Positions 1 through 10,600 of a stretch of DNA of 64,000 nt are shown piece after piece. Both the position numbers and the translations under genes were made by a program. Positions within the stretch are counted from its first letter, which is position 1; each line of letters begins with the position of its first letter. The DNA is from a virus, in the IMG/VR virus record IMGVR_UViG_3300020037_007643. The stretch is one strand, 5' to 3'. The notes beneath the pieces were generated by a model that saw only the letters and a program-made list of their open reading frames with translations, was not told where the DNA came from and searched no databases.

Positions 1-1
1 T

Positions 2-409
2 AGAGCTGCCAAATGGGTAGTAACAGGAAATGCTAGTATTGTAGGAACTGGTGAAAATTTTATAACAATACCACTTGTTAAAAACTCACGATACCCTGAC
101 TCTATTAGTGTTTATAATATAACCAACGGTTTAATTGGTAGTTATAATTATCTTTTTGAGTTTCAAGCAAATAATTCAGGTGAACTCAATATTGGATATT
201 CAAACTCTAGTGTTTATTCAAGTGGGGAATTATGGCTATCTGGTGTGTCTGATACAAATAAAGACTTGGCTTTTGTTTTAACTGAAAACTCAGGTAGTGG
301 AACTGTGTCAAGTAGTGGCCTAACAAGAAATTCCATAGGTATAGCAAGGTCATCAACGGAAATGATAGTTGGTTCAGCATTCTCTATCTCAGAAGACCCA
401 AATGAGTAA
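2..409 (+). CDS. Partial CDS: C-terminal end of an upstream Gly/Ser/Asn-rich structural (tail-fiber-like) protein
   Basis: Frame 2 is open from the window edge to TAA at 407-409. The translation ends ...SSTEMIVGSAFSISEDPNE. Confidence 0.4.
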   Translation, partial: RAAKWVVTGNASIVGTGENFITIPLVKNSRYPDSISVYNITNGLIGSYNYLFEFQANNSGELNIGYSNSSVYSSGELWLSGVSDTNKDLAFVLTENSGSGTVSSSGLTRNSIGIARSSTEMIVGSAFSISEDPNE

Positions 410-476
410 TATTTATTGTTATTATAAGATGTACTAATGTTATAATAACAATATTAATACAATTTCTAAAAAATAT

Positions 477-650
477 ATGGAAAATAACAAAATAAGACAA
501 ATTATAATTGAAACAGATGGTGATACTGTTAGGGTTGCAAAAGCTGAGGTAACTGGCTTAATAGAACTAAGTGGGATACTTGATCTTGTTATAAAAAACA
601 TGAAAATGTTAAGCAAAAAAGAAGAAACCGAAGAAGTAAAACAAAACTAA
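477..650 (+). CDS. Small hypothetical protein (57 aa)
   Basis: Runs from ATG to TAA and fills the gap before the 652 ORF. Start and stop are read by hand. Confidence 0.3.
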   Translation: MENNKIRQIIIETDGDTVRVAKAEVTGLIELSGILDLVIKNMKMLSKKEETEEVKQN

Positions 651-651
651 T

Positions 652-1227
652 ATGCCAAACGAACTCCCAAAACAACCATCTAAAGGTACCCCTATATTTA
701 TAGGAAAATCAGCCCTTATTAGACTAGTTAATGAATCAGACCAAGACTCTACGTCTCTTTGGCTTGTAGATTCTACAAATAAAACCCTTAGACCATTTAT
801 GGATGAGTCTCAGTTTGATAATCTTTTTGATAATCCAGCAGAAGCACAAAGGGCCGTTGTGAAATTATCAAGCAATGAACTTGGTGAAGGTGGAATACTA
901 GAAGATTATGAAGTTCTTAATAATGAGTACGGTATTGGTCCAGATGGATCAATGAAGGAAATTGAATTTAGCCCTTACCAGCTAGGTCAAAGATATGGAC
1001 AACCAGTAGATGATGGAGCTGAAAACAAGGCGGTTTCTGCTCTTGATAAATTATTCTCATCTATGGGTGCTCCAATGGACGAAGCACCAGAAACACCAGC
1101 TGAGGTTGGAATGCCAAGTGAACAAACAATGGGACAACCACCTATGCCTCCAGAACAGGCTATGGGTGTCGGAGGGTCTAATCAGTCGGGACCTGAAGAG
1201 GGAATGATTTACTATAACGGAAAATAA
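652..1227 (+). CDS. Hypothetical virion-module protein with a Pro/Met/Gln-rich C-terminus
   Basis: 191-aa ORF packed tightly against the downstream gene; no recognisable motif. Confidence 0.6.
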   Translation: MPNELPKQPSKGTPIFIGKSALIRLVNESDQDSTSLWLVDSTNKTLRPFMDESQFDNLFDNPAEAQRAVVKLSSNELGEGGILEDYEVLNNEYGIGPDGSMKEIEFSPYQLGQRYGQPVDDGAENKAVSALDKLFSSMGAPMDEAPETPAEVGMPSEQTMGQPPMPPEQAMGVGGSNQSGPEEGMIYYNGK

Positions 1228-1230
1228 TAT

Positions 1231-4200
1231 ATGTCAGCTGCATCCCGCGCTTATTACGAAAAATTATACAGTGCACCGTATCATCAATACGGTGATTTTC
1301 AGGTTACAAGAGATTGGAAATGGTCTCCTATTCCAGGTAATCCATACGAGAATATTGTTTATAATCCAAAAGATTTAACACAAAAATTTCTAGCAAGTCC
1401 ATCCTTGACAGGGGGGGAACTTGGTTTATATATAAGTCAAGGTGATGCAAAAAAAGACTTCGGGAGTGATAACGCTATAAAAACAAATTTAATGTCACTC
1501 AATGATCTTGCTGTACAAAAAGCAGCTCAATCTGGTTATAAAGGTGACCTAAATCAGATTAAGGCCGTTATGGCACCTGACATGGGCCCAAATCCTTCAA
1601 CATACGATACAACATCACCAAAGGTTCAAAAGGAACAAAAATATGTTCTTAATGGAAAGATGTACACAACAACAGGATCTATTCCTGTTGGTGGAACTCT
1701 TGTTGATGATAATGGAGACCCACACAGTAAATACAAAACACCCGGTGTTATATATCAAACAAATTACATAGATCCAAATATAAGTGGAAGTAATATTGCT
1801 GTTGAGTATTGGACCTATAACAATAATGGAGAGAAAAAATCAATCACGGGAAGTTTGGGTACTTCAATAAAAGAAATAACAACAGCATTAGGTATTCCAT
1901 GGAATGGATATAACCCAAATTCATCCAAAAACACAATACCGAATCCACTAGAAAATATAACAAGAGTTGATACTAAGGATTTATACGGTGATGCTTATGA
2001 TCCACGAACTGGACAGGTAAATAAAACAATTATAGATATGTCATCTGATGTAAAAGGTGATTATTCTAATGTTGCATCTGAAAAAGCGTTTCAACAAAGC
2101 TCAAATACAAGTAATATTAATAAAAATACAACACCAAGTGCTTTAAATAACAATATTCAACAATTATCTTTCTCGGGGAATCTTAAATTAAATACAGGGT
2201 CAAGTGAGGACATTAAGAAACTTCAGAATTTTTTAAATACTACACAGAATGCTGGATTAACCGCTGATGGTAAATTTGGACCCCTCACAGAAGCAGCTGT
2301 CAAGAAATTCCAAAACTCAAACGGCTTAACACCTGATGGTATTGTTGGTCCAAATACATTAAGTGTTATAAACAAAAAAACAACACAGTCGGTCGTTAAT
2401 CAACAAGCACCACAACAAAATACACCTCAATCATCAAATCAAAGTGTTAACACATCACCAAGTAACATCCAATATACACCAGAAATCCCAACTATTCTAA
2501 AATACACATACCCAGATGCAGTTACTGAATTAGATTATTCAATAAAACATAGGGATGATCTAAAAAACCCAGAAACACTACAAAAATATTCATCACTACT
2601 TGCAACAGTACAGTTGTTTGACGAAGCGGCAAAGCAAGGGTTAAAAGATATGTCTTATGATGATGCTTTAGCTAAGGGGTATGTTCCAGAATTAGGAAAA
2701 AGCAAAAGATCACACTGGCTGGATTATGTAAAAGTGGACGAGGTTGCTAAAAAGTTTCTAACAGAAAAAGGTACTTATAATAATGTTTTAAATAACATTG
2801 GTTTATTAAACACAGCAAAAAAAAGTGGGTATACAGGCAGTGATTTAAAAGGGGCATTAGATCACCAAGTTTTTTTTGATGAAGCAAAAGGTCAAGCAAA
2901 AAATGCAGGTATTGATATATCTAACATTAATACAGTTCAAGAATTAACACAACTTGTACAAAAAAATAATAATTTTAATAACGCAAAAGCAGGGGATGTT
3001 GGTTTTAGTGGAATTAATACTTCTACAAAAGAAAGCAATAATATGGGTGTTGATACAACTGCACAAACAAATAACATGCAACAGTTATCCTTTTCTGGAA
3101 ACTTGAAATTAAATACAGGATCTTCTACTGATATCAAGAAACTTCAAGAGTTTTTAAATACAAAAGGTGCAAATCTTACAGCAGATGGAAAGTTTGGACC
3201 ATTAACTGAAGCCGCTGTTAAAAAATTCCAAAAAGAAAATGGACTTGTTGATGACGGTATTGTAGGACCACGCACTGTAGAAGCAATAAATAACTCAAAA
3301 CCAAAAACAAATACCAATAACACCGGTAGTGGTAATCAACAAACAGAAGTGCAACCTGGGGTTCAACCTGGAGTTGAAAATACCCCACAAACAGGATCAC
3401 AAACAGGATCACAAACAGGATCACAAACAAACTCACAATCGGGTTCAACAACACAAGGATCTAATTCGCTAAATCTATATGGAAACCAGAGAGCAGAATC
3501 AGCAGAAAGGTCTGCTTCTAAGTTTATTAAAGACGAAGCAGATATCGGTAAAGTGTTTGGTGAATTAACACAAGACTTTGTCACTAAAATAAAAAACGAC
3601 CCAAAACAAATGGCGTTCTATATAAGTGCCTTAGCTTATGGTGGATACACAATGGGAGATATTTACGCTGATATGTATTCACAGCAACAAAAGAAACTTG
3701 GGAAAACAGTTCCTGAGGCTAAATTTATAGACCCAACAGCAAAGAAAGCAGATTACGTGTTAACAGATAGTGGAAAAGCAGCTTCTAAGGCAATGGAAAC
3801 ACTATTACCGTCTAATTCAAAGATGAGAACACTTGATCCTAAGATATTAAAGTACGGATTAAGTGACCTACCTGATGACTTCTTTGCTGCATACTCAGAG
3901 AGACTCCCTAAACCTGGTACACCAGAATGGAAAGCCTTAGCATCTGAAATAAAAACTCAATATTATGATGCATTAACAGATGTTGCTTCTGCTGAAACAG
4001 AACAACAAAAAGCTCTTGCTGATGAAAAAATGAGACAGTTCAGGGAAGATGTAGAGAGAGACCTTGGAATAACACTTAGTGATAATTCAAATAATGCATG
4101 GAAGCAGATTCAAAATCTTGAAGAAACATACAACCAAAGAGGTATACAACAAAGTGGACTTAAAAATGAAGCCGTTGATGAAGTTCTGAAATCTGCAAGA

Positions 4201-5019
4201 TTAGCTGACTCAAGAAATAGAAACATAAAACTAACAGAAGAAGAAAGAACCGAGATGAATAACCTTAGAACATATGGAACACCAGCTCAAATAGCTGCTC
4301 TTTCTGCGGAACAAAGACAAAGACTCGGATTAACCCCATCTTCTGATATTCTAGAAAAGTTTAGTCTTGAAAACATAAAGAAAGCTGATCCAACATTAAC
4401 AGATGCAGAAGCACAGGCTTATAGAGATTCTGTTCTTGATGAGAATGGAAACTATAGAAGTAGTCTTTATACTAATTTCTATAAAGATAAACTTACAAAT
4501 TCAGAAAAAGCAAGAGAATTTCAAAACAACAAATTATTAACGACAAATAGCGAGCTTGAGTTAAAACTTGCAAAAGAAAAAGAAATGAGTAATAAGGAAA
4601 ACTTATTTGACTCACCTTCAAATAAGGATACTTTTAGTACAACAGGATCAGAAAATAAACAGTACGATCCATCTACTTATAACGTGCAAAACCAAGGACT
4701 CGAAAATTCAAGTAAAGCAGCTGGTAACATGGGTACAGGTACCACAGATGGCGCTTCAACTGCTGTAACTGGATCAAAATACAATTATGATTCATGGTTA
4801 ACGAATGGTAACTTAAAACAAGGATCTGCAAAAAGTAATTATGTTAGTGAACTACAAAGCTTCTTGAATGAAAACAATTATGGTGCAGGAACAGTAGATG
4901 GAATATTTGGTCAAAAAACAGCAAGTGCACTCCAGGCATATCAAATTAAGGCGGGGGTTACACCTGACGGTATTCTTGGTAAAGACACGCTTGCTGCCAT
5001 AAAAGCAAGTAAAAAATAG
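1231..5019 (+). CDS. Large virion-associated cell-wall-binding protein with three PG_binding_1 repeats
   Basis: LTADGKFGPLTEAAVKKFQ..NGL..DGIVGP motifs occur at about aa 340, 640 and 1225. There are SQTG repeats and a coiled-coil middle. Confidence 0.8.
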   Translation: MSAASRAYYEKLYSAPYHQYGDFQVTRDWKWSPIPGNPYENIVYNPKDLTQKFLASPSLTGGELGLYISQGDAKKDFGSDNAIKTNLMSLNDLAVQKAAQSGYKGDLNQIKAVMAPDMGPNPSTYDTTSPKVQKEQKYVLNGKMYTTTGSIPVGGTLVDDNGDPHSKYKTPGVIYQTNYIDPNISGSNIAVEYWTYNNNGEKKSITGSLGTSIKEITTALGIPWNGYNPNSSKNTIPNPLENITRVDTKDLYGDAYDPRTGQVNKTIIDMSSDVKGDYSNVASEKAFQQSSNTSNINKNTTPSALNNNIQQLSFSGNLKLNTGSSEDIKKLQNFLNTTQNAGLTADGKFGPLTEAAVKKFQNSNGLTPDGIVGPNTLSVINKKTTQSVVNQQAPQQNTPQSSNQSVNTSPSNIQYTPEIPTILKYTYPDAVTELDYSIKHRDDLKNPETLQKYSSLLATVQLFDEAAKQGLKDMSYDDALAKGYVPELGKSKRSHWLDYVKVDEVAKKFLTEKGTYNNVLNNIGLLNTAKKSGYTGSDLKGALDHQVFFDEAKGQAKNAGIDISNINTVQELTQLVQKNNNFNNAKAGDVGFSGINTSTKESNNMGVDTTAQTNNMQQLSFSGNLKLNTGSSTDIKKLQEFLNTKGANLTADGKFGPLTEAAVKKFQKENGLVDDGIVGPRTVEAINNSKPKTNTNNTGSGNQQTEVQPGVQPGVENTPQTGSQTGSQTGSQTNSQSGSTTQGSNSLNLYGNQRAESAERSASKFIKDEADIGKVFGELTQDFVTKIKNDPKQMAFYISALAYGGYTMGDIYADMYSQQQKKLGKTVPEAKFIDPTAKKADYVLTDSGKAASKAMETLLPSNSKMRTLDPKILKYGLSDLPDDFFAAYSERLPKPGTPEWKALASEIKTQYYDALTDVASAETEQQKALADEKMRQFREDVERDLGITLSDNSNNAWKQIQNLEETYNQRGIQQSGLKNEAVDEVLKSARLADSRNRNIKLTEEERTEMNNLRTYGTPAQIAALSAEQRQRLGLTPSSDILEKFSLENIKKADPTLTDAEAQAYRDSVLDENGNYRSSLYTNFYKDKLTNSEKAREFQNNKLLTTNSELELKLAKEKEMSNKENLFDSPSNKDTFSTTGSENKQYDPSTYNVQNQGLENSSKAAGNMGTGTTDGASTAVTGSKYNYDSWLTNGNLKQGSAKSNYVSELQSFLNENNYGAGTVDGIFGQKTASALQAYQIKAGVTPDGILGKDTLAAIKASKK

Positions 5020-5043
5020 AAACTTATGATATAATGGCTTGAT

Positions 5044-5472
5044 ATGGAGAATGTCCCAAAAAAGAAATATCCAAACTTGTCATCGTTAGGGAATATTACC
5101 ACCCAATACGGAGGTAAGACTAAGTACGAAAAGTTTCACCCTGGCGTAGATATCGCTAATAAAAAGGGAACACCTATTCCAAACATGGAGGAAGGTCAGG
5201 TTGTGGGTGTAAAGCCGGGGCAAAAAAACGGAGATCATGGTTTTGGGAATTCTATTTTAGTAAAAGATAAAAAGAATAACGTACATAGATATAGCCACCT
5301 TCGTGATATTATGGTAAAACCAGGGGAAATGGTTCCTAAGAATAAAATCATTGGATCAATGGGTGACAGTGGATCTAGTTATTCAAATTCTGGTGGCCCA
5401 TCTGACCACTTAGATTATAGAATTGTAGATTCTTTCGGCAAATTTAAAAATCCAAAGAAATATCTAAAATAA
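5044..5472 (+). CDS. M23-family metallopeptidase (peptidoglycan endopeptidase)
   Basis: HPGVDIA ... GDHGFGNSILV ... HLDY motifs typical of LytM/M23. Confidence 0.75.
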   Translation: MENVPKKKYPNLSSLGNITTQYGGKTKYEKFHPGVDIANKKGTPIPNMEEGQVVGVKPGQKNGDHGFGNSILVKDKKNNVHRYSHLRDIMVKPGEMVPKNKIIGSMGDSGSSYSNSGGPSDHLDYRIVDSFGKFKNPKKYLK

Positions 5473-5473
5473 T

Positions 5474-7630
5474 ATGAGTAAAGAAAAAGATGCTATTATA
5501 AATTCAATTATGAACCACCCGAAGCTATCTTCGGTTATTTATGATGCAGTTAATGCGCCTATTGGAAGCACAAAACGTGCAAAAGCAAAATCAATACTTT
5601 CTATTGTAAAAAAATCAATGAGTAAGTATGATGGACAAGGTGGACCATTGAATATAGGAGCACAAGGTAACTCACTGAACACATCTTCATCACAAGGTCT
5701 TTCAATACCGTCTAATTTTACACCAATATCAGGTCTCTCACTTGGAGGATCTTCATCTGGCTCAAGTGGCTTAACGACCCCTCCAGTAAGTACAACAAAA
5801 GGGACAAAAGTTGTGGTGTTTCCAAGTGCTCCCACTCTTAAAACAAACACGAATAAATTAGATACAAACATAGACAGCATAATGAAGAGCATGTTTGGTA
5901 ATTCTTATACTCCAAGTACAACAAAAACAACCACACCCACAAAAACAGAACCATTAACTCTTTCCCCTCTTAAAAAAGTAGAAGATACATCGTTTTTAGC
6001 GGGTGGATCAAAAACAAAACTTACAGCTTTTGATGAATTCCAGAAAAGTGTTCAAGATAATATAAAACTTAATCAATTAAAATCAAACAATACACCAGTT
6101 GCTACTACTCAGACAACGGTAAAGAAATCTGACGGAACCGTTTCAACAACAACAAAAACTACACCAACTCAAACTGGATCACAAACAACCCAGAAAGTCG
6201 GAAATGTTACAGTACCTAAAACAACGGGAGGTAGTACAACAACATCTACTGGGACACCAAGTTCTACTACACCAAGATACGCAACATTAGAAGACGCTAT
6301 GGGTGTTGCGCCTTCTTTTATCGGAAAAAATACAGGATCTGAATATTTCGCACAACAAATGCTTGGATTAATGGAAGAAGGTCAAATCGGAAAATTAGGA
6401 GAAGAGCTGGATAAAAAATATGGTGTTACTGAACTTCTTAATAAAGCAAAAGAACTGCAGGATATGTCTCCAAATGCAGTAGATACAAGTATTGACTACG
6501 TTAAAGCAAGAGATCAATATGTTTCTGATATCAATAAAATGATTGATGATGTTAATGAAACTGTTGCAAATACAGACACAAGTAATCCTGTTACTGACGC
6601 TATGTATAAAAATTACAAGAATTATTTGTATACCCTCAAGGGGAGACAAAACCAGAGATATGCAGATTATGTTGATAATAATATAAAAAATTTCCAATCA
6701 GATCTTGATAATGTAAAGACTCAATACACTGAAGCACAAGGATTATACACTAGTGCAATGGATAATATAGAAGATAGATATGATGAAACAAAGAAGGTTC
6801 TTATTGATATGTATAAAACACTAGAGGATGCACCTGGGAAGATGCTCACAAGACTTACACAAGAACAAAATCTTAGTAAGTTACTAAGAGAGAATGCAGA
6901 TATAGCATCAGGAAGAACTGACTTTTATAAAGATTACGGTGTTTTCAAGGATAGTATTCTTGACGAAAATGGTAGAATCAAAAAAACAGCAAACCTCCCT
7001 GGTATAATACAAAACTTCTCTGTTTATGGAGATGCAGACGCTATGGCTGGAATTGATATATGGACAAGAGCTGGGATTGAAGAAGTTTACGATCTAACAC
7101 AATCACCAGATACATCACCTGAAGGATTAAAAAAGGCCCAAGAGTATTCATCTGCAATTGTAGATAGTTTTAACCTTTATGTAAATAGTGGTGTTATTAA
7201 TGAAAATACCGCAAAAAGTCTAGCACCTAGAGTATTGGGTATGGCACAATCACTACTTGGCGGTGCAATCGGAGACATAAAAGATGGACAAGGAACAGGA
7301 ATAACTGGATATATTCTCTCTAATTACAATGATATAAATAAAGCCGTTAAGCAATTAAGTGGTGATAATAATACGTTCTGGGGTACATTTCTAGCGAAGC
7401 CAAAGGCACCGAAAACAGAAGATCAGTTCATTAAAGACAATAAAAACATAGATCCAATGATATTGTCTGCAATTTACAAACAAAACGAAACTGCAAAAAA
7501 GGGAAATCCAGAATTTAACCTAAGAGAATACATAGATCTAATAAGTCAACCAAATCCATCATCAGTGGATTATAGTGGTGTACCTAAAGAACAAGCAACA
7601 GCAAAAGCGTTAATAGATTTCATATATTAA
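5474..7630 (+). CDS. Large Ser/Thr-rich hypothetical protein, probably virion or ejection protein
   Basis: 718-aa ORF between the M23 peptidase and the giant protein. It has a low-complexity T/S-rich N-terminal half. Confidence 0.7.
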   Translation: MSKEKDAIINSIMNHPKLSSVIYDAVNAPIGSTKRAKAKSILSIVKKSMSKYDGQGGPLNIGAQGNSLNTSSSQGLSIPSNFTPISGLSLGGSSSGSSGLTTPPVSTTKGTKVVVFPSAPTLKTNTNKLDTNIDSIMKSMFGNSYTPSTTKTTTPTKTEPLTLSPLKKVEDTSFLAGGSKTKLTAFDEFQKSVQDNIKLNQLKSNNTPVATTQTTVKKSDGTVSTTTKTTPTQTGSQTTQKVGNVTVPKTTGGSTTTSTGTPSSTTPRYATLEDAMGVAPSFIGKNTGSEYFAQQMLGLMEEGQIGKLGEELDKKYGVTELLNKAKELQDMSPNAVDTSIDYVKARDQYVSDINKMIDDVNETVANTDTSNPVTDAMYKNYKNYLYTLKGRQNQRYADYVDNNIKNFQSDLDNVKTQYTEAQGLYTSAMDNIEDRYDETKKVLIDMYKTLEDAPGKMLTRLTQEQNLSKLLRENADIASGRTDFYKDYGVFKDSILDENGRIKKTANLPGIIQNFSVYGDADAMAGIDIWTRAGIEEVYDLTQSPDTSPEGLKKAQEYSSAIVDSFNLYVNSGVINENTAKSLAPRVLGMAQSLLGGAIGDIKDGQGTGITGYILSNYNDINKAVKQLSGDNNTFWGTFLAKPKAPKTEDQFIKDNKNIDPMILSAIYKQNETAKKGNPEFNLREYIDLISQPNPSSVDYSGVPKEQATAKALIDFIY

Positions 7631-7631
7631 T

Positions 7632-10600
7632 ATGGCAAATATAAAAGAAAATTCAGAATATTTAGACAAAATAAGTCCATCTAATTTTAAGAACTTACAA
7701 AAAAGTGTACAGAGTGGTATTTCTAGTTCTTATGTATCACCATATATAAGAACACCTCAAAAAATAGAGACGGGGATAGAAAGTGAATCACTTATGCCAG
7801 AGAAGGTCCAAGTATCACTTCCTTCTTCATCTAAAATGCAAGAACTTCCAGAGAGTTATCTTTCATCAAATTTTTTACCTGGACAAAAAACACCAGAGGG
7901 TGAGGTTATGTGGGGTAATCCATCTGATAAAACAGTAGCAAGAAACATATCAGAAAAAATGGGTGGCGGGCAATATGCACTAGATCCAACCCAACCTGGT
8001 ATAATAATAAAATCGAGTAGAGGATACGAACCAGAAGAGAATAAAATACTAAGAGGTGGAAGATCAAAAATTGAAGTTCAAATAGATCACATCATACCCT
8101 TATGGCTAGGTGGATTAGACACACTCGAAAACAAGCAGGTTTTAAATACAAAGGACCATATTAGAAAAACAAAAGCACAGGCCATTCCTCTTACACTATT
8201 GACTCAAGGTAAAATAACAAGGGATGAAGCATTTACGATGGCACTCAACTGGGAGTCATACAATGTAGATGATCTTCCAATGCCTGATAAATTTGGAATG
8301 ATAACAAATCTTCCAAGAGAAAAAGCTGATGAATTATCAAAGATTGCGTACGGACTAGATAGAGAAGAAAAAAATAAAGCTAAAGAGGAATATTATAAAC
8401 TCCTGGGTCTTGATGATGCAGCAATTAAGGCGAAACAAAAATTTGAATTTGACGTACAGCACCCTAAGGGGACTTTCGGTCATTCTTTTACTGACTCAGT
8501 AAAAGCTGTATGGAAGGAAATCCCTTCAGTATTCGCAAAATTTGGAGAAAATGACAAGGGTGAAAATACAATAGCTGGTGAATTCGGAAAGGGTCTTGTC
8601 ATGGGATCTCCTGCTGGTTTGGCTATTCTTGAAGAACCAGAAGAGCGTACTACTGCAGAAAAAATAGCATACGGTACTGGATATGGTATATCAACAATAG
8701 GAACACTCGGTGGTTTTATCAAAGGATTAACAAAAACAAGAATAGTATTATCAAAAATACCAGGTTTGGGTAAGGTTTTTGCAAAAAGTCCTGTATCAAA
8801 TGTTGTTAAACCATTACCGTGGAATGCCGGGCTTTTTGATATGAATCCAATTAAAACAATAGCACCAGAGTTATCTAGTAAAATTAAAATACCAGGGTTT
8901 GAAAAAGTAAAGAGCGCTCTTTCTAAAATTAATAATTTTGGCAAAGAAACTGGGAAAATATCAAAAACACAAGTTGTGAATGCAACAAAGGCACTTAAGG
9001 ATGCAAATAGGTTAGCAAAAGCAGAAGGTAATCTTGACTTGCAACAAATCCCAATGGAAATAGACAAAAGAGTTGCAGCTCGTATAAAATATAGCCCTAT
9101 ACTTCGAAATGCTTTTAATTTCGGGTCTTTTGGTGTTGCTAAGCAAGCAATACATGATGGATTAGATACACAAAGTGAGTCTGATTTTATGGATTATGCG
9201 GGTACATTTGCAACAGAAGCAATAATGGGTTCACTGTTCACAACAGCAGGGCAAAATCTAAAAGGATATGCAAAAATGGTAGCACCTGCACTTGTTCTAA
9301 GTACAATAAACGGAGAATCACCAGAAGATGCATTTGCCAGCGCGGTTACAATGGTAGGTTTGCACGGCATGGGTAGTAAGATGATGCAAAAATCACCATT
9401 ATCTAGAGATGTAATGAATTGGAAGGGAGATAAACACTCAACAATAGTTAATAAGGGTGAGAAATATGAGGATGTTATTGTTAGAGAAATGAACAAGGTT
9501 GCTGATGAGGCTTCTAATGATGTTCTTAATAAATGGGCACCCGTTAATACAACTAAGAGTGGAAATGGATCAAGAAAATACACACAAAAAGAATTAGAGT
9601 CAATAAAAGAAGAAGCTTTAACAAACATAGAACAAGCTGCTTATGATGAAGGTTGGACACCTCGTGAGTCTGACTCTGAGTTACTGAAAGCCCTTGCTTC
9701 TGTTAGACAATTAGATAAAGGAGGTATGGGTGCTATAATCAGAGATCGTGCAGATATTGCTGATGTAAAATCTATAGCAAAACAATTACAAGAATCAAAA
9801 ACAATTACGGGTGTACTTGGTGATAAAATTCCTAATCATCTTTATGAAACATACGGCAATTCAACACAAAAGGATCTTTCACCTGTTAATTTCACAGAAA
9901 AACCTAGTGGTAAATTCTCAGCTACAGGTATTTATCCATTAACTGGAGGTGGAAGTACTATTAATGAAGGAAAGACTAGATTAAACATAGAAGCATTTGA
10001 CAAAGCAGTAAAATCAGGAGAAGCTCCGTTTGGTGATAATGTATTCTTGATGGATAGAGGTAGTGATTATAAAAACAAAATGGAGTTTTTAAATAAAACA
10101 ACACCTAAAGAAAAAATAGACAAAGGTGAGTTTACTCCATTTAAAAATCCACAAAATACAGTTGAAGCATTTGGTGTTATAAAACATCCAGAAACAGGTG
10201 AAAATACTTTTATTTCACTTGGTTTTGTTGCGAGAGAAAGTAGAATACCAAAAATGAACGAAAAGGTTAACACAGAAGGACCAGATAGCCTTATTGAATA
10301 CAATAAATTTAATAATAAAGATACATTAAGTCAATCACTGAGAGATAATGGAATTAAGGGTGTTTGGGGAAGAATTCTTCCGTTAAAAACAGGATTAATG
10401 ACCACTAAGGGGGGTAAGAGTAGTGGAAAACAAGAATACCACCTAAGAGTACAACTTACAGACGGAAGATTTGAAGATTCAATAAACACAGAAAGATTAG
10501 CAAAAGAATCTAACAATCCAGCAACACCAGTAGTTGAATCAGTAGAACAGGTACCAAATAAAAAACCGGTAGTTGATACGACAATACAAAAACAGAACGA

